The position numbers and the translations under genes were made by a program. Below are positions 19,828 through 29,248 of a stretch of 64,000 nt of DNA, one piece after another. Within the stretch, counting starts at the first letter, position 1; each line of letters opens with the position of its first letter. The DNA comes from an uncultured Verrucomicrobiae bacterium. Lineage in GTDB: Bacteria; Verrucomicrobiota; Verrucomicrobiia; Chthoniobacterales; Chthoniobacteraceae. The notes beneath the pieces were generated by a model, which saw only the letters and a list, made by a program, of their open reading frames with translations, was not told the origin of the DNA and did no database searches. Location: assembly GCA_963769025.1 (NCBI GenBank), contig CAVYKI010000006.1:480001-544000 (forward strand), read 5' to 3'.

Positions 19828-20699
19828 GGTTGGGTACCTCCGCGGGGAAAATCGTCCCGTTTCGGGTCGTAGCCAAGCAGTTCGTACAGGTCCGCGCGCG
19901 TTAGCATTTTGCTGAGCCACGGCCGTTGCGAGCCGCTCCGTTTCAAGTCACGCAGGCATTCGGCCTCGGTGTGCATCGCGGCGCGGAAGGCGGTGACGGG
20001 AAAGAGCACCATCCGGTATCCCATCGCCGCAAGCTGGCGGATGCTCAGCAGCGGGCTGCGGCCAAACTCCGTCATGTTTGCCATCAGCGGCGCGCGCACG
20101 CGGCGTGCGAATTCCCGGAACTCGCGCGCACTCTCCAGCGCCTCGGGAAAAATCGCATCCGCCCCGGCTGCGAGATACGCCTGGGCCCGCTGTACCGCGG
20201 CATCGAAGCCCTCCACCGCGCGCGCATCGGTGCGCGCGACGATGAGAAAATCCGGATCGGTCCTCGCACGGATCGCCGCGCTGATTTTTTTGCAGAATGC
20301 GTTCACCGGCACGACTTCCTTGCCAGCGAGATGCCCGCAGCGCTTCGGAAAGACCTGATCCTCGAGGTGCATCCCGGCCAGTCCGGCGCGCTCGAATTCC
20401 CTCACTGCGCGCGCGGTTTCGCGGAGCCCGCCGAAGCCCGTATCCGCATCGACGAGCGCCGGAATCTTCACCGCACGCGCGATGTAGCCCGCAAGCTGTG
20501 CCACCTCGCCGAGCGTGAGCAGACCGGTGTCGGGCACGCCGGCGGTCGCGTTCGCCAGCCCCGCGCCGCTCACGTAAACGGCGGAAAAGCCGGCGCGTTC
20601 GATCAGCTTCGCCGTGGCCGCATTGAAAGCGCCAGGCATCGCCACGCACTCTTTGCGGATCATTCGCCGGAGCACCGTCGTTTTGCGGAGGGCTGTCAT
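19824..20699 (-). CDS. prpB: Methylisocitrate lyase
   Basis: KRCGH motif (isocitrate lyase has KKCGH), DADTGFG, ARTDA, ANMTEFG. Confidence 0.93.
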   Translation of the reverse strand: MTALRKTTVLRRMIRKECVAMPGAFNAATAKLIERAGFSAVYVSGAGLANATAGVPDTGLLTLGEVAQLAGYIARAVKIPALVDADTGFGGLRETARAVREFERAGLAGMHLEDQVFPKRCGHLAGKEVVPVNAFCKKISAAIRARTDPDFLIVARTDARAVEGFDAAVQRAQAYLAAGADAIFPEALESAREFREFARRVRAPLMANMTEFGRSPLLSIRQLAAMGYRMVLFPVTAFRAAMHTEAECLRDLKRSGSQRPWLSKMLTRADLYELLGYDPKRDDFPRGGTQP

Positions 20700-22054
20700 G
20701 GGAGTTCGGTGAGGGGCAACAGGTCGCGCACGGATTCCATCGTATCGAGCCTCCAGATGCCGTGCAGCAATTCAGCAGCGCGCTCCGCGCCGAGTCTGGG
20801 CCCGGCGAGCGTGCGAAACTTTGCCTCGACCTCGGCATCACTCAACGGCGCACGCGAATGTCCCGGCGGATCGTCCACGCGCTCGGTCAGCAGGCGGCCA
20901 TCGCGAAGGTGGACGCTCACGATATTGCCCACCCGCCCGGGATACTGCGCGCTCAGTTCCGGATCGCGCTCGACTTTCACCCGCTGGACGAGCGCGAGCA
21001 GCGCCGCGTCGGTGAAGCGCTCCCGCGCAAATTGCCGCTCGGTCACTTCACCGTCGGCGAGCGCAACGGCGACGATGTAGGGCAGGCTGTGATCCGCCGT
21101 CTCGCGGCTGGTCGGGCGCCACTGCGCCGGGCTCCCGCCGATGATCTCCACCGCCGCGTCGTGGCTGCGCACGAGCACCGACTCGATCTGCGCCGGATCG
21201 TCGATCTGCGTCCGGAGCTTCAGTGCCGCCGCGATCGCGCTCTGCGAATGGTACTCGGCGGGCCAGAACTTGATGCTCGTCCGCAGAATCATGAAGTCCC
21301 GCCAGTCTTCAACATCGAGCGCGAGCGGTTGTCCGGCGACGAGTTTCTCAAAACCAAACCCGCCTTCAAAGATCGGCGCCGGTCCGCTCATCCCCTCGCG
21401 CGCCAGCAGCGCCGCGAAGACACCGCGCCGCGCCGCATGCGCGACGGTGCATGCCTTCCAATGCGAAAGCTCGCCGATGCGCGACTGGCGCAGCGACCCG
21501 CTCGATACTCCCGCGATGTTCACCGCCTGTTCCATGCGCGCGGCATCGAGCCGCATGAGATGCGCCGCGGCGAGCGTGCTGGAAAATGCGACGTACGTCA
21601 CATGGTCCCACCCGCGTGCGCGCAGGCTGGCCGCGTCGCAAAGCCGGCATTGGATTTCATACGCAAGCGCGACGGCCGTGATCAGTTCTCGCCCGGATGC
21701 GCCTTCGGTCTCCGCCACCGCGAGCGCCGCCGCGATGTTGTCGCTCGGGTGCGCCGGCTCCTTCGAGAGATATGTGTCGTTGAAATCGAGATACCGCACG
21801 AGGCAGCCGTTCGCGAAAGCCGCCCAGTCCGGCGACACCCGCAGCGACGTGCCGAGCATCGTCGCGCCGCGCTCCGTCGGAAATCGCCCGGCCGTCCGTC
21901 GCGCGATCGCGCACGGTTCCGCGTCCCAGGCGCCGAACGCGCATCCGACTGAATCAATGATCCTCCTTTTGACCTCATGCACCACCGGCGCCGGCAGCGC
22001 CTCGAAGCGGAGGCCGGCCGCAAAGTCCGCGAGCCGTTGGGCGAGCGTGCGCAT
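20696..22054 (-). CDS. prpD: 2-methylcitrate dehydratase, MmgE/PrpD family
   Basis: VRYLDFNDTY, HPSDN, SHWKA, ETADHSLPY. Confidence 0.92.
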   Translation of the reverse strand: MRTLAQRLADFAAGLRFEALPAPVVHEVKRRIIDSVGCAFGAWDAEPCAIARRTAGRFPTERGATMLGTSLRVSPDWAAFANGCLVRYLDFNDTYLSKEPAHPSDNIAAALAVAETEGASGRELITAVALAYEIQCRLCDAASLRARGWDHVTYVAFSSTLAAAHLMRLDAARMEQAVNIAGVSSGSLRQSRIGELSHWKACTVAHAARRGVFAALLAREGMSGPAPIFEGGFGFEKLVAGQPLALDVEDWRDFMILRTSIKFWPAEYHSQSAIAAALKLRTQIDDPAQIESVLVRSHDAAVEIIGGSPAQWRPTSRETADHSLPYIVAVALADGEVTERQFARERFTDAALLALVQRVKVERDPELSAQYPGRVGNIVSVHLRDGRLLTERVDDPPGHSRAPLSDAEVEAKFRTLAGPRLGAERAAELLHGIWRLDTMESVRDLLPLTELP

Positions 22055-22089
22055 TGCGAAGTGTGACGACGAAGCCTAGGTTGGCGTGC

Positions 22090-23658
22090 ATGAGCGGGCA
22101 AGAACCAGTCTGCTTCAACTTCGCCGCCGACGTGATGGAACGCTGGGCGGTAATGACTCCGCGCGCCCCGGCGCTGTGGTGCGTGGACGAAAGCGGCGGT
22201 CCCGGGCAGCGGTTCACCTTTGCGCAGCTTGCGGACCAGTTTCGCCGGGCGGCTCATTTTTTTCACACGGCCGGCGTGCGGCGCGGCGATCGTGTGCTCG
22301 TCATGCTCCCGCGTGTGCCGCAGTGGTGGGTCGCGATGCTCGGGCTCACGAAGCTCGGCGCAGTGCCGATTCCCGGCACAATGCTGCTCACCGAGAAAGA
22401 CATCCTCTACCGCATCCAGGCGGCGGAGGTCGCCGCCGTGATCACGTGCGGGGAGATCGCGGACCGGGTCGGCGACTTTTCAGGCATCAAAATCCTCGCC
22501 GGCGGCGAGTGCGCGGGATGGCTGAACTTTTTCGCGGGAATCCGCGACGCGGACGATGATTTCGATCCCGGGCCGACGCGTGCGGACGAGCCGGGTATCC
22601 TCTATTTCACCAGCGGGACGACGGGGGCGCCGAAGATGGTGCTGCACACGCAGGCGAGCTACGGCCTCGGCCATCGCGTGACGGGCGAGCAGTGGCTCTG
22701 GTCCAAGCCGGACGACATCCACTGGAACCTCGCGGACAACGGCTGGGCCAAGGCTGCGTGGTCGAGCCTGTTCGGGCCATGGCACATGGGCGCGTGCATT
22801 TTCACCGTGGATTCCCGCGGGAAATTCGACGCCGGCGCGGCGCTGCGGACGCTCGCGCGTTATCCGATCACGACATGGTGCGCGCCGCCGACCGCGCTGC
22901 GGCTGATCGTGCGCGAGGATCTTTCCGGATATCGCTTCCCCCATCTGCGCCACTGCGTGAGCGCGGGGGAGCCGCTCAATCCCGAGGTGATCGAAACGTG
23001 GAAGCGCGCGACCGGGCTCACCATTTACGAAGGCTACGGCCAGACGGAGAGCGTGGTGATGATCGCCAATTGTCGCGCGCGCGGCGACGTGGTGAATCCC
23101 GGCTCGATGGGAAGGCCCGTGCCGGGCTTCGAGATCGCATTGCTCGACGACGAACTGCGCGAACTGCCGTCCGGTGTGGAAGGCGAAGTGGCCGTGCGCA
23201 TCGCACCGCGCCGCCCGCTGGGGCTCTTCCGCGAATACTGGCGCAACCCGGAGGAGAACGCCGCGCGCTTTCGCGGCGACTGGTACCTCACCGGCGACCG
23301 TGCCACGCGCGACGAGGAGGGCTGCTACTGGTTCGTCGGCCGCACGGATGATGTGATCAAGAGCGCCGGCTATCGCATCGGGCCTTTCGAGGTGGAGAGC
23401 GTCCTCATCGAACACCCGGCCGTGCTCGAAGCAGCCGTTGTCGCCAAAGCCGACGCCACGCGCGGCGCGATCGTCAAAGCGTTCGTGGTGCTGCGCAAGG
23501 ATCGCGAGCCGAGTGACGCCCTGAAGACGGAATTGCAGGAACACTGCAAACGCGCGACGGCCCCTTACAAGTATCCGCGTGAGATCGAATTCCTCGCCGA
23601 GTTGCCCAAGACGATCAGCGGAAAAATCCGGCGCCTGGAACTGCGGCGACGCGGGTGA
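22090..23658 (+). CDS. Short/medium-chain acyl-CoA synthetase (ACSM-like)
   Basis: YFTSGTTGAPKMVLH, YEGYGQTE, GYRIGPFEVES, PKTISGK. Confidence 0.92.
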   Translation: MSGQEPVCFNFAADVMERWAVMTPRAPALWCVDESGGPGQRFTFAQLADQFRRAAHFFHTAGVRRGDRVLVMLPRVPQWWVAMLGLTKLGAVPIPGTMLLTEKDILYRIQAAEVAAVITCGEIADRVGDFSGIKILAGGECAGWLNFFAGIRDADDDFDPGPTRADEPGILYFTSGTTGAPKMVLHTQASYGLGHRVTGEQWLWSKPDDIHWNLADNGWAKAAWSSLFGPWHMGACIFTVDSRGKFDAGAALRTLARYPITTWCAPPTALRLIVREDLSGYRFPHLRHCVSAGEPLNPEVIETWKRATGLTIYEGYGQTESVVMIANCRARGDVVNPGSMGRPVPGFEIALLDDELRELPSGVEGEVAVRIAPRRPLGLFREYWRNPEENAARFRGDWYLTGDRATRDEEGCYWFVGRTDDVIKSAGYRIGPFEVESVLIEHPAVLEAAVVAKADATRGAIVKAFVVLRKDREPSDALKTELQEHCKRATAPYKYPREIEFLAELPKTISGKIRRLELRRRG

Positions 23659-23664
23659 CCGGCC

Positions 23665-25695
23665 ATGAAGACGTTCGACCTTGGGGGCGAGATCGTCTGG
23701 CGACCGACCGCGGATTGGATCGAGCGCAGCAACCTCCGCCGGTTCATGGACGCGCACGGCATCGCGTCGCCCGAAGAATTGCAGCGCCGGTCCACGGACG
23801 ACATCGCGTGGTTTTGGGACGCGGTGTTGCGCGATCTGGGTATCGAGTTTCACACGCCATATTCGCAAGTCGTGGACCTCTCTCGCGGCATCGCGTTGCC
23901 GCGATGGTGCGTAGGCGGCGGGATGAACATCGTCCACAACTGCCTCGACAAATACGCCGGCACACCGACTGACGGGCGCGTCGCGCTGCGGTGGGAAGGC
24001 GAGGAAGGCGCGGTGCGCACGCTCACTTATGCGGAGCTGCGGGGCGAGGTGAACCAGGCGGGGAATGCGCTGCGCTCGCTGGGGCTGGGCAAGGGTGATG
24101 TCGTCGGCGTCTTCATGCCGATGACGCCGGAGTGCGTCGTGGCGATGCTCGCGATCATCAAGATTGGCGCGATTTTCCTGCCGCTCTTCTCCGGCTACGG
24201 CGCGCAGGCTGTCGCTTCGCGACTCGTGGATGCCGAGGCGAAAGCGCTCTTCACGGCCGACGGCATGTGGCGCCGGGGTAAGCTCGTGCCGATGAAGCCG
24301 GTGGCCGACGCCGCAGCCGCACAAGTTCCTACGCTCCGGCACCTGATCGTGCACAAACGGACGGGCTGCGACGTGGCGTGGAATCCGGCGAGCGATCATT
24401 GGTGGCATGAGGTGATCGGGAGGCAATCGCACGATGCGGAAACCGAACGCACAAACGCGGAGGACGTGCTCATGCTCATCTACACCTCGGGCACGACGGG
24501 GAAGCCGAAGGGCACGGTGCACACGCACTGCGGCTTTCCCATCAAAGCCGCGCAGGACATGTCACACGGGCTCGACCTGCACGCCGATGAGACGCTCTTC
24601 TGGGTCACCGACATGGGCTGGATGATGGGGCCGTGGCTCGTCTTCGGCACGCTCCTGCTCGGTGCGACGATGATGATCTGCGACGGCGCGCCGGATTTTC
24701 CGGGCCCGGACCGGCTCTGGTCGCTGGTCGCGCGGCATGGCGTGACCTCGCTCGGCATCTCCCCGACGCTCGTCCGCGCGCTGCTCCGCCACGGCGACGC
24801 GCCGGTGCGTGCGCACGACCTTTCGTCACTGCGGAAATTCGCCTCGACCGGCGAGCCGTGGAACCCCGCGCCGTGGATGTGGCTTTTCCAAAATGTCGGC
24901 GGCGGCATGCGGCCGATCGTCAACTACTCCGGCGGCACCGAGATTTCCGGCGGCATCCTGATGGGCAACGTGCTCACTCCGCTGAAGCCGTGCGCCTTTT
25001 CCGGCCCGCTGCCCGGCATGGCTGCGGATGTCGTGAACGAACGCGGCGAGTCCGTCCGCGGCGAGGTCGGCGAACTGGTTATCCGTCAGCCGTGGATCGG
25101 GATGACGCGCGGATTTTGGCGCGACCCGGAGCGCTATCTCGAAACGTATTGGTCGCGCTTCCCGGACGTGTGGGTCCATGGCGACTGGGCGGCGATCGAT
25201 GATGACGGCCTGTGGTTCATCGTTGGCCGCTCCGACGACACGATCAAAATCGCCGGCAAGCGCGTCGGGCCTGCGGAGGTCGAGTCCGTGCTCGTCGCGC
25301 ACGACGCCGTGAGCGAAGCCGCGGCGATCGGTGTGCCGGATGAGTTGAAAGGCGAGGCGCTCGTCTGCTTTTGCGTGCTGAAGCCGGGCCACGAGCCGGG
25401 CGATGCGCTCCGGGAGGCACTGCGCGCGGCCATCGTCGGCGCCCTCGGAAAACCGCTCGCGCCACGCGAGGTGCTGTTCGTCCGCGACCTTCCGAGAACG
25501 CGGAACGCAAAAATCATGCGCCGCGTCATCCGCGCTGCGCATCTGGGTCTGGATCCCGGCGACATTTCATCGCTCGAGAATCCGGCCGCTGTGGAGGCGA
25601 TCCGGCGGTCGGAATCCAGTCATCACGCTGAGACGCCGCGTGAACCGGAGCCGCGAGTGAACGACGAGGCGGAGGGAAAGCGCGCGGGCAAGTGA
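23665..25695 (+). CDS. Acetate/propionate-CoA ligase family AMP-binding protein
   Basis: IYTSGTTGKPKG, WVTDMGWMMG, NYSGGTE, PRTRNAKIMRR. Confidence 0.9.
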   Translation: MKTFDLGGEIVWRPTADWIERSNLRRFMDAHGIASPEELQRRSTDDIAWFWDAVLRDLGIEFHTPYSQVVDLSRGIALPRWCVGGGMNIVHNCLDKYAGTPTDGRVALRWEGEEGAVRTLTYAELRGEVNQAGNALRSLGLGKGDVVGVFMPMTPECVVAMLAIIKIGAIFLPLFSGYGAQAVASRLVDAEAKALFTADGMWRRGKLVPMKPVADAAAAQVPTLRHLIVHKRTGCDVAWNPASDHWWHEVIGRQSHDAETERTNAEDVLMLIYTSGTTGKPKGTVHTHCGFPIKAAQDMSHGLDLHADETLFWVTDMGWMMGPWLVFGTLLLGATMMICDGAPDFPGPDRLWSLVARHGVTSLGISPTLVRALLRHGDAPVRAHDLSSLRKFASTGEPWNPAPWMWLFQNVGGGMRPIVNYSGGTEISGGILMGNVLTPLKPCAFSGPLPGMAADVVNERGESVRGEVGELVIRQPWIGMTRGFWRDPERYLETYWSRFPDVWVHGDWAAIDDDGLWFIVGRSDDTIKIAGKRVGPAEVESVLVAHDAVSEAAAIGVPDELKGEALVCFCVLKPGHEPGDALREALRAAIVGALGKPLAPREVLFVRDLPRTRNAKIMRRVIRAAHLGLDPGDISSLENPAAVEAIRRSESSHHAETPREPEPRVNDEAEGKRAGK

Positions 25696-25758
25696 CGTTG
25701 CTCCGCCGGGGATCGGCTCCGAGGTTGCACGGCGGGACGATCCGAACCACAATAAGGC

Positions 25759-27012
25759 ATGCGCCCCGTTTACATGCTCAGCGGCGGGATCACGAAGTTC
25801 GCAAAAGCGCATCCGGATAAGGATTTTCGGCTGATGGTGAAGGAGGCGTTCGATCTCGCGCTTGCGGACCTCGGCGGGAAGCTCACCCCGGCGGACATCG
25901 ATGGCAGTGTGATTTCGTACTTCAGCGATCACTTCACCGGCCAGCTCAAGGCGGGCGCGATGGTGCAGGATTTCGTGGGGCTCTGCCCGAAGCCGAATAT
26001 CCGCATCGAGGGTGGCGGGGCGACGGGCGGGCTGTGCTTTCAGGCGGCGGTGCAGGCGGTGGCGAGCGGGCGCTTCGATGTGTGTGCCACGATGGGCTTC
26101 GAGACGATGAGCACGGTGGAGACGTGGAAGGGGAATGACTTCATCGCGCTCGCGAGCGACACGCACTTTGACTATCCGCTTGGCGGATTTTACACTGGAT
26201 ACTATGCGATGATGGCCGTGCGGCACATGCACGAATTTGGCACCACCGAGGAGCAGATGGCGCGCGTTGCGGTGAAGAATTACGGCAATGCTGCGCACAA
26301 TCCTTTCTCTCAGCACCGGCGCGCTGTGACTGTCGACGATGTGATGCAGTCCGAGATGATCGCGTATCCCTGCCGCCGCATGACGACCTGCGTGATGAGC
26401 GACGGCGCGGCGGCGATCATTCTCGCGAGCGAGGAAGCGGCACGGAAATTTTGCGACAATCCGATCCGCGTCGCGGGCATCGGAAGCGGCTCGGACACAA
26501 TGCGCATGGCCGACCGTCCACATGGCCGCGTGCCGCTCCTGCCGCATGAAAGCGAGGGCGACTACGGCGATTTGAAATACCCGGGCGTGCATTCGTTCCG
26601 CGCTGGACGGATGGCGGCGATGGAAGCCTACCGGCAGGCCGGCGTCCGCGACCCGCGCGAGGACATCCAAGTCTGGGAATTGCACGATGCGTATGCCTCC
26701 GCCGAGCTGCAGCAGTACGAGGACGTGGGACTTTGCAAATATGGCGAGGCCGGGCGATTCATCGAAAGCGGCCCGCCGTGCATCGGCGGGAAGAATCCCG
26801 TGAATCCCAGCGGCGGCCTGCTGGCGTGCGGGCATCCGGTCGGCGCGACTGGGCTGATGCAGATGGTGTTCTGCTTCTGGCAATGCCAGCAGACGATCGG
26901 GAAGCATTTCGGTGATCCATTTTGCCAGATTCAGAATGTGAAACGCGCCGCCGCCTACAGCCACGCAGGCACGGGGACGTACGTGACGATTTCAATCCTG
27001 GAGAAGCCATGA
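25759..27012 (+). CDS. SCP2-type thiolase-like protein lacking canonical catalytic cysteines
   Basis: SDGAAA, VNPSGGL, GHPVGATG; EGGGATGG in place of CASG and HDAY in place of HDCF. Confidence 0.85.
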   Translation: MRPVYMLSGGITKFAKAHPDKDFRLMVKEAFDLALADLGGKLTPADIDGSVISYFSDHFTGQLKAGAMVQDFVGLCPKPNIRIEGGGATGGLCFQAAVQAVASGRFDVCATMGFETMSTVETWKGNDFIALASDTHFDYPLGGFYTGYYAMMAVRHMHEFGTTEEQMARVAVKNYGNAAHNPFSQHRRAVTVDDVMQSEMIAYPCRRMTTCVMSDGAAAIILASEEAARKFCDNPIRVAGIGSGSDTMRMADRPHGRVPLLPHESEGDYGDLKYPGVHSFRAGRMAAMEAYRQAGVRDPREDIQVWELHDAYASAELQQYEDVGLCKYGEAGRFIESGPPCIGGKNPVNPSGGLLACGHPVGATGLMQMVFCFWQCQQTIGKHFGDPFCQIQNVKRAAAYSHAGTGTYVTISILEKP

Positions 27013-27473
27013 AACTCCCCGAAAAAACCGATGGCCCGTGGGTGACAAACTTCGACCCGCTCACCCGGCAGTGGACATACAGCGTGACTTACAACGTGAG
27101 CTACGCGGAGGATTCGCCGTTTTTCCACGCGCTCGGACGCGGCAAGCTGCTCGGCAGCGAATGCAAGAAGTGCAACTACCGCTACGCAACGCCCCGCACG
27201 GTGTGCATGGGTTGCGGCGGTGCGACCGAATGGTTCGAGCTGCCGCTCGAAGGGCGCGTGCATAGCTGGACGATCTGCAACTTCAGCGGCGAGCCATACC
27301 TCGCGGAGTGCCCGTTCATGCTCGGACTGATCGAGTTCGAAGGCGTGGACACGCTCTTCATGACGCGGCTCATCGGCATCGAGGATCCGAAAATCGGGCA
27401 GCCGGTGCGGGCGCAATTTCGCCGGAAGAAAACGTGGTCGGTGAACGATGTCTATTTTGTCCCGGCACCATGA
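27009..27473 (+). CDS. DUF35 Zn-ribbon/OB-fold acyl-CoA-binding protein
   Basis: CKKC...PRTVCMGC Zn ribbon, EGRVHSWT OB fold; ATGA overlap with the thiolase-like gene. Confidence 0.9.
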   Translation: MKLPEKTDGPWVTNFDPLTRQWTYSVTYNVSYAEDSPFFHALGRGKLLGSECKKCNYRYATPRTVCMGCGGATEWFELPLEGRVHSWTICNFSGEPYLAECPFMLGLIEFEGVDTLFMTRLIGIEDPKIGQPVRAQFRRKKTWSVNDVYFVPAP

Positions 27474-29238
27474 GCGCGCACGGATTCCAGCAGCACGAAA
27501 AGGAAATCCACGACGCGGAAGAGTTGCTCTTCACCGGTCCGCAACGGTTCGGCGTCGCCAAGGGCCTCTTCCTCGGCCGCTTCGTCGCGGATTGGGTGCT
27601 GCCCTACCCCGCGATGCCTGCCGAACAGAGCAAGGCACTCGATGTCGATGCTGCCGGAACTGCGCCGGTTTCTCGACGAGAAGCTCGATCCGGCGGCCAT
27701 CGACCGGAATGCGGACATCCCGCGCGAGGTCATCGAAGGTCTCGGACGGTTGGGCGTGCTCGGAATGACGGCGCCGGTGGAGTTTGGCGGGCGCGGCATT
27801 TTCGCAGATGGCGAACGGTCGCGTGCTCGAGGAAATCGGATCCCGGTGCGCCTCGACGTCGGTGTTCGTGAATGCGCATCACTCCATCGGCATCCGCGCG
27901 CTGCTGCTCTTTGGCACGCCGGAGCAAAAGCGACGCTGGCTGCCGCCACTCACCAGCGGCAGGCAGCTCGCCGCGTTTGCGCTCACCGAACCCGAGGCCG
28001 GGTCCGACGCGGCGAATGTCCAGACGCGCGCCGACCTGAGTGCGGACGGCACTCACTACATCTTGAACGGCCAGAAGCGCTACATCACCAACGCCGCCAT
28101 CGCGCAGGTGCTTACCGTCATGGCCCGCACGAAGGTTCCCGGCAGCGAACAGACGGCGGTGACCGCGTTCCTCGTCACACCGGACATGCCGGGCTTTTCC
28201 GTCGTCGAGCCGCGCATGGAAAAGCTCGGCATCCGCGGCACCGCCACGGGGCGGCTGGAGTTCCGCGACATGCGCGTGCCGCGCGAGAATATCCTCGGTG
28301 CGCCCGGCAAAGGGCTGAAGGTCGCGCTCAGCGTGCTCGACTTTGGCCGCACGACATTCGGCGCCTGCTGCACCGGTGCGGCGAAGACATGTCTGCGGCT
28401 CGCCACGCAGCACGCGAGGACGCGGCGGCAGTTTGGCCACCCGCTCGGCGACTTTGAGCTGATCAAAAAGAAAATCGCGCGCATGGCCGCGAGCGCCTAC
28501 GCGATGGAGGCGATGACGACCGTCACCGCGTCCATCATCGACAGGGGGCTTGAGGATTACATGATCGAGACGGCGATGCTGAAGGTCTTCACGACGGAGG
28601 CGCTGTGGCAGATCGTCAACGACGCGTTTCAGATTCACGGCGGGCCCGCCTACTTCACCGACCTGCCGCTCGAACGCATGCTGCGCGATGCGCGGATCAA
28701 TCACATCGGCGAAGGAGCGAATGAAGTCCTCACGTCCTTCATCGCGCTGGTCGGGATGCGTGGGCCGGGGATGCAGCTCAAGGAAATCTGGGACGCCATG
28801 CATCATCCGATCGGCCACCTCCGCAAGGCGTGGCTCGCGGGCTGGGATCGCGCCGGGGCTGCGTTGCACGCGCCCGACGTGCCCGTCCGCACCGATGGGC
28901 TTCGCAGGCACGCGCAGCAGCTTGGCCGGCTCATCTGGCGGTTCAACCTTGCCGTGGATCGAGCGCTCATCCGCTACCGCGAGGGAATCCTCGATCGGCA
29001 GTACGTTCAGGAGCGGATTGCAAACGCGGCGATGGAACTTTTCGCCTCGGCGTGCGTCCTCAGCCGGCGCGATGCCGAATGGCAGGCGGGGATCATGCAT
29101 CACGATGCCGCTGCCGGGCTTTTTCTGCGCGAATCCGCACGCCGGGTGCGCCGGTGCCTCGCCGGACTGCGCGACAACGACGACGAGGCGGTCACCGCAG
29201 CCGCTGATGCAGCTCTGCGGCACGACGGCGAGACGTAG
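27470..29238 (+). CDS. Acyl-CoA dehydrogenase (VLCAD/ACAD9-like length), two apparent +1 frameshifts (~27645, ~27795)
   Basis: AFALTEPEAGSDA, NGQKRYITN, RRQFG, QIHGG, RDARINHIGEGANE; N-terminus spread over three frames. Confidence 0.88.
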
Positions 29239-29248
29239 GAGGTGCGCG

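Noticed and set aside
27640..27800. Programmed ribosomal frameshifting in the ACAD and other broken genes
   Set aside because: No slippery sequences; a uniform +1 pattern in unrelated genes favours sequencing error
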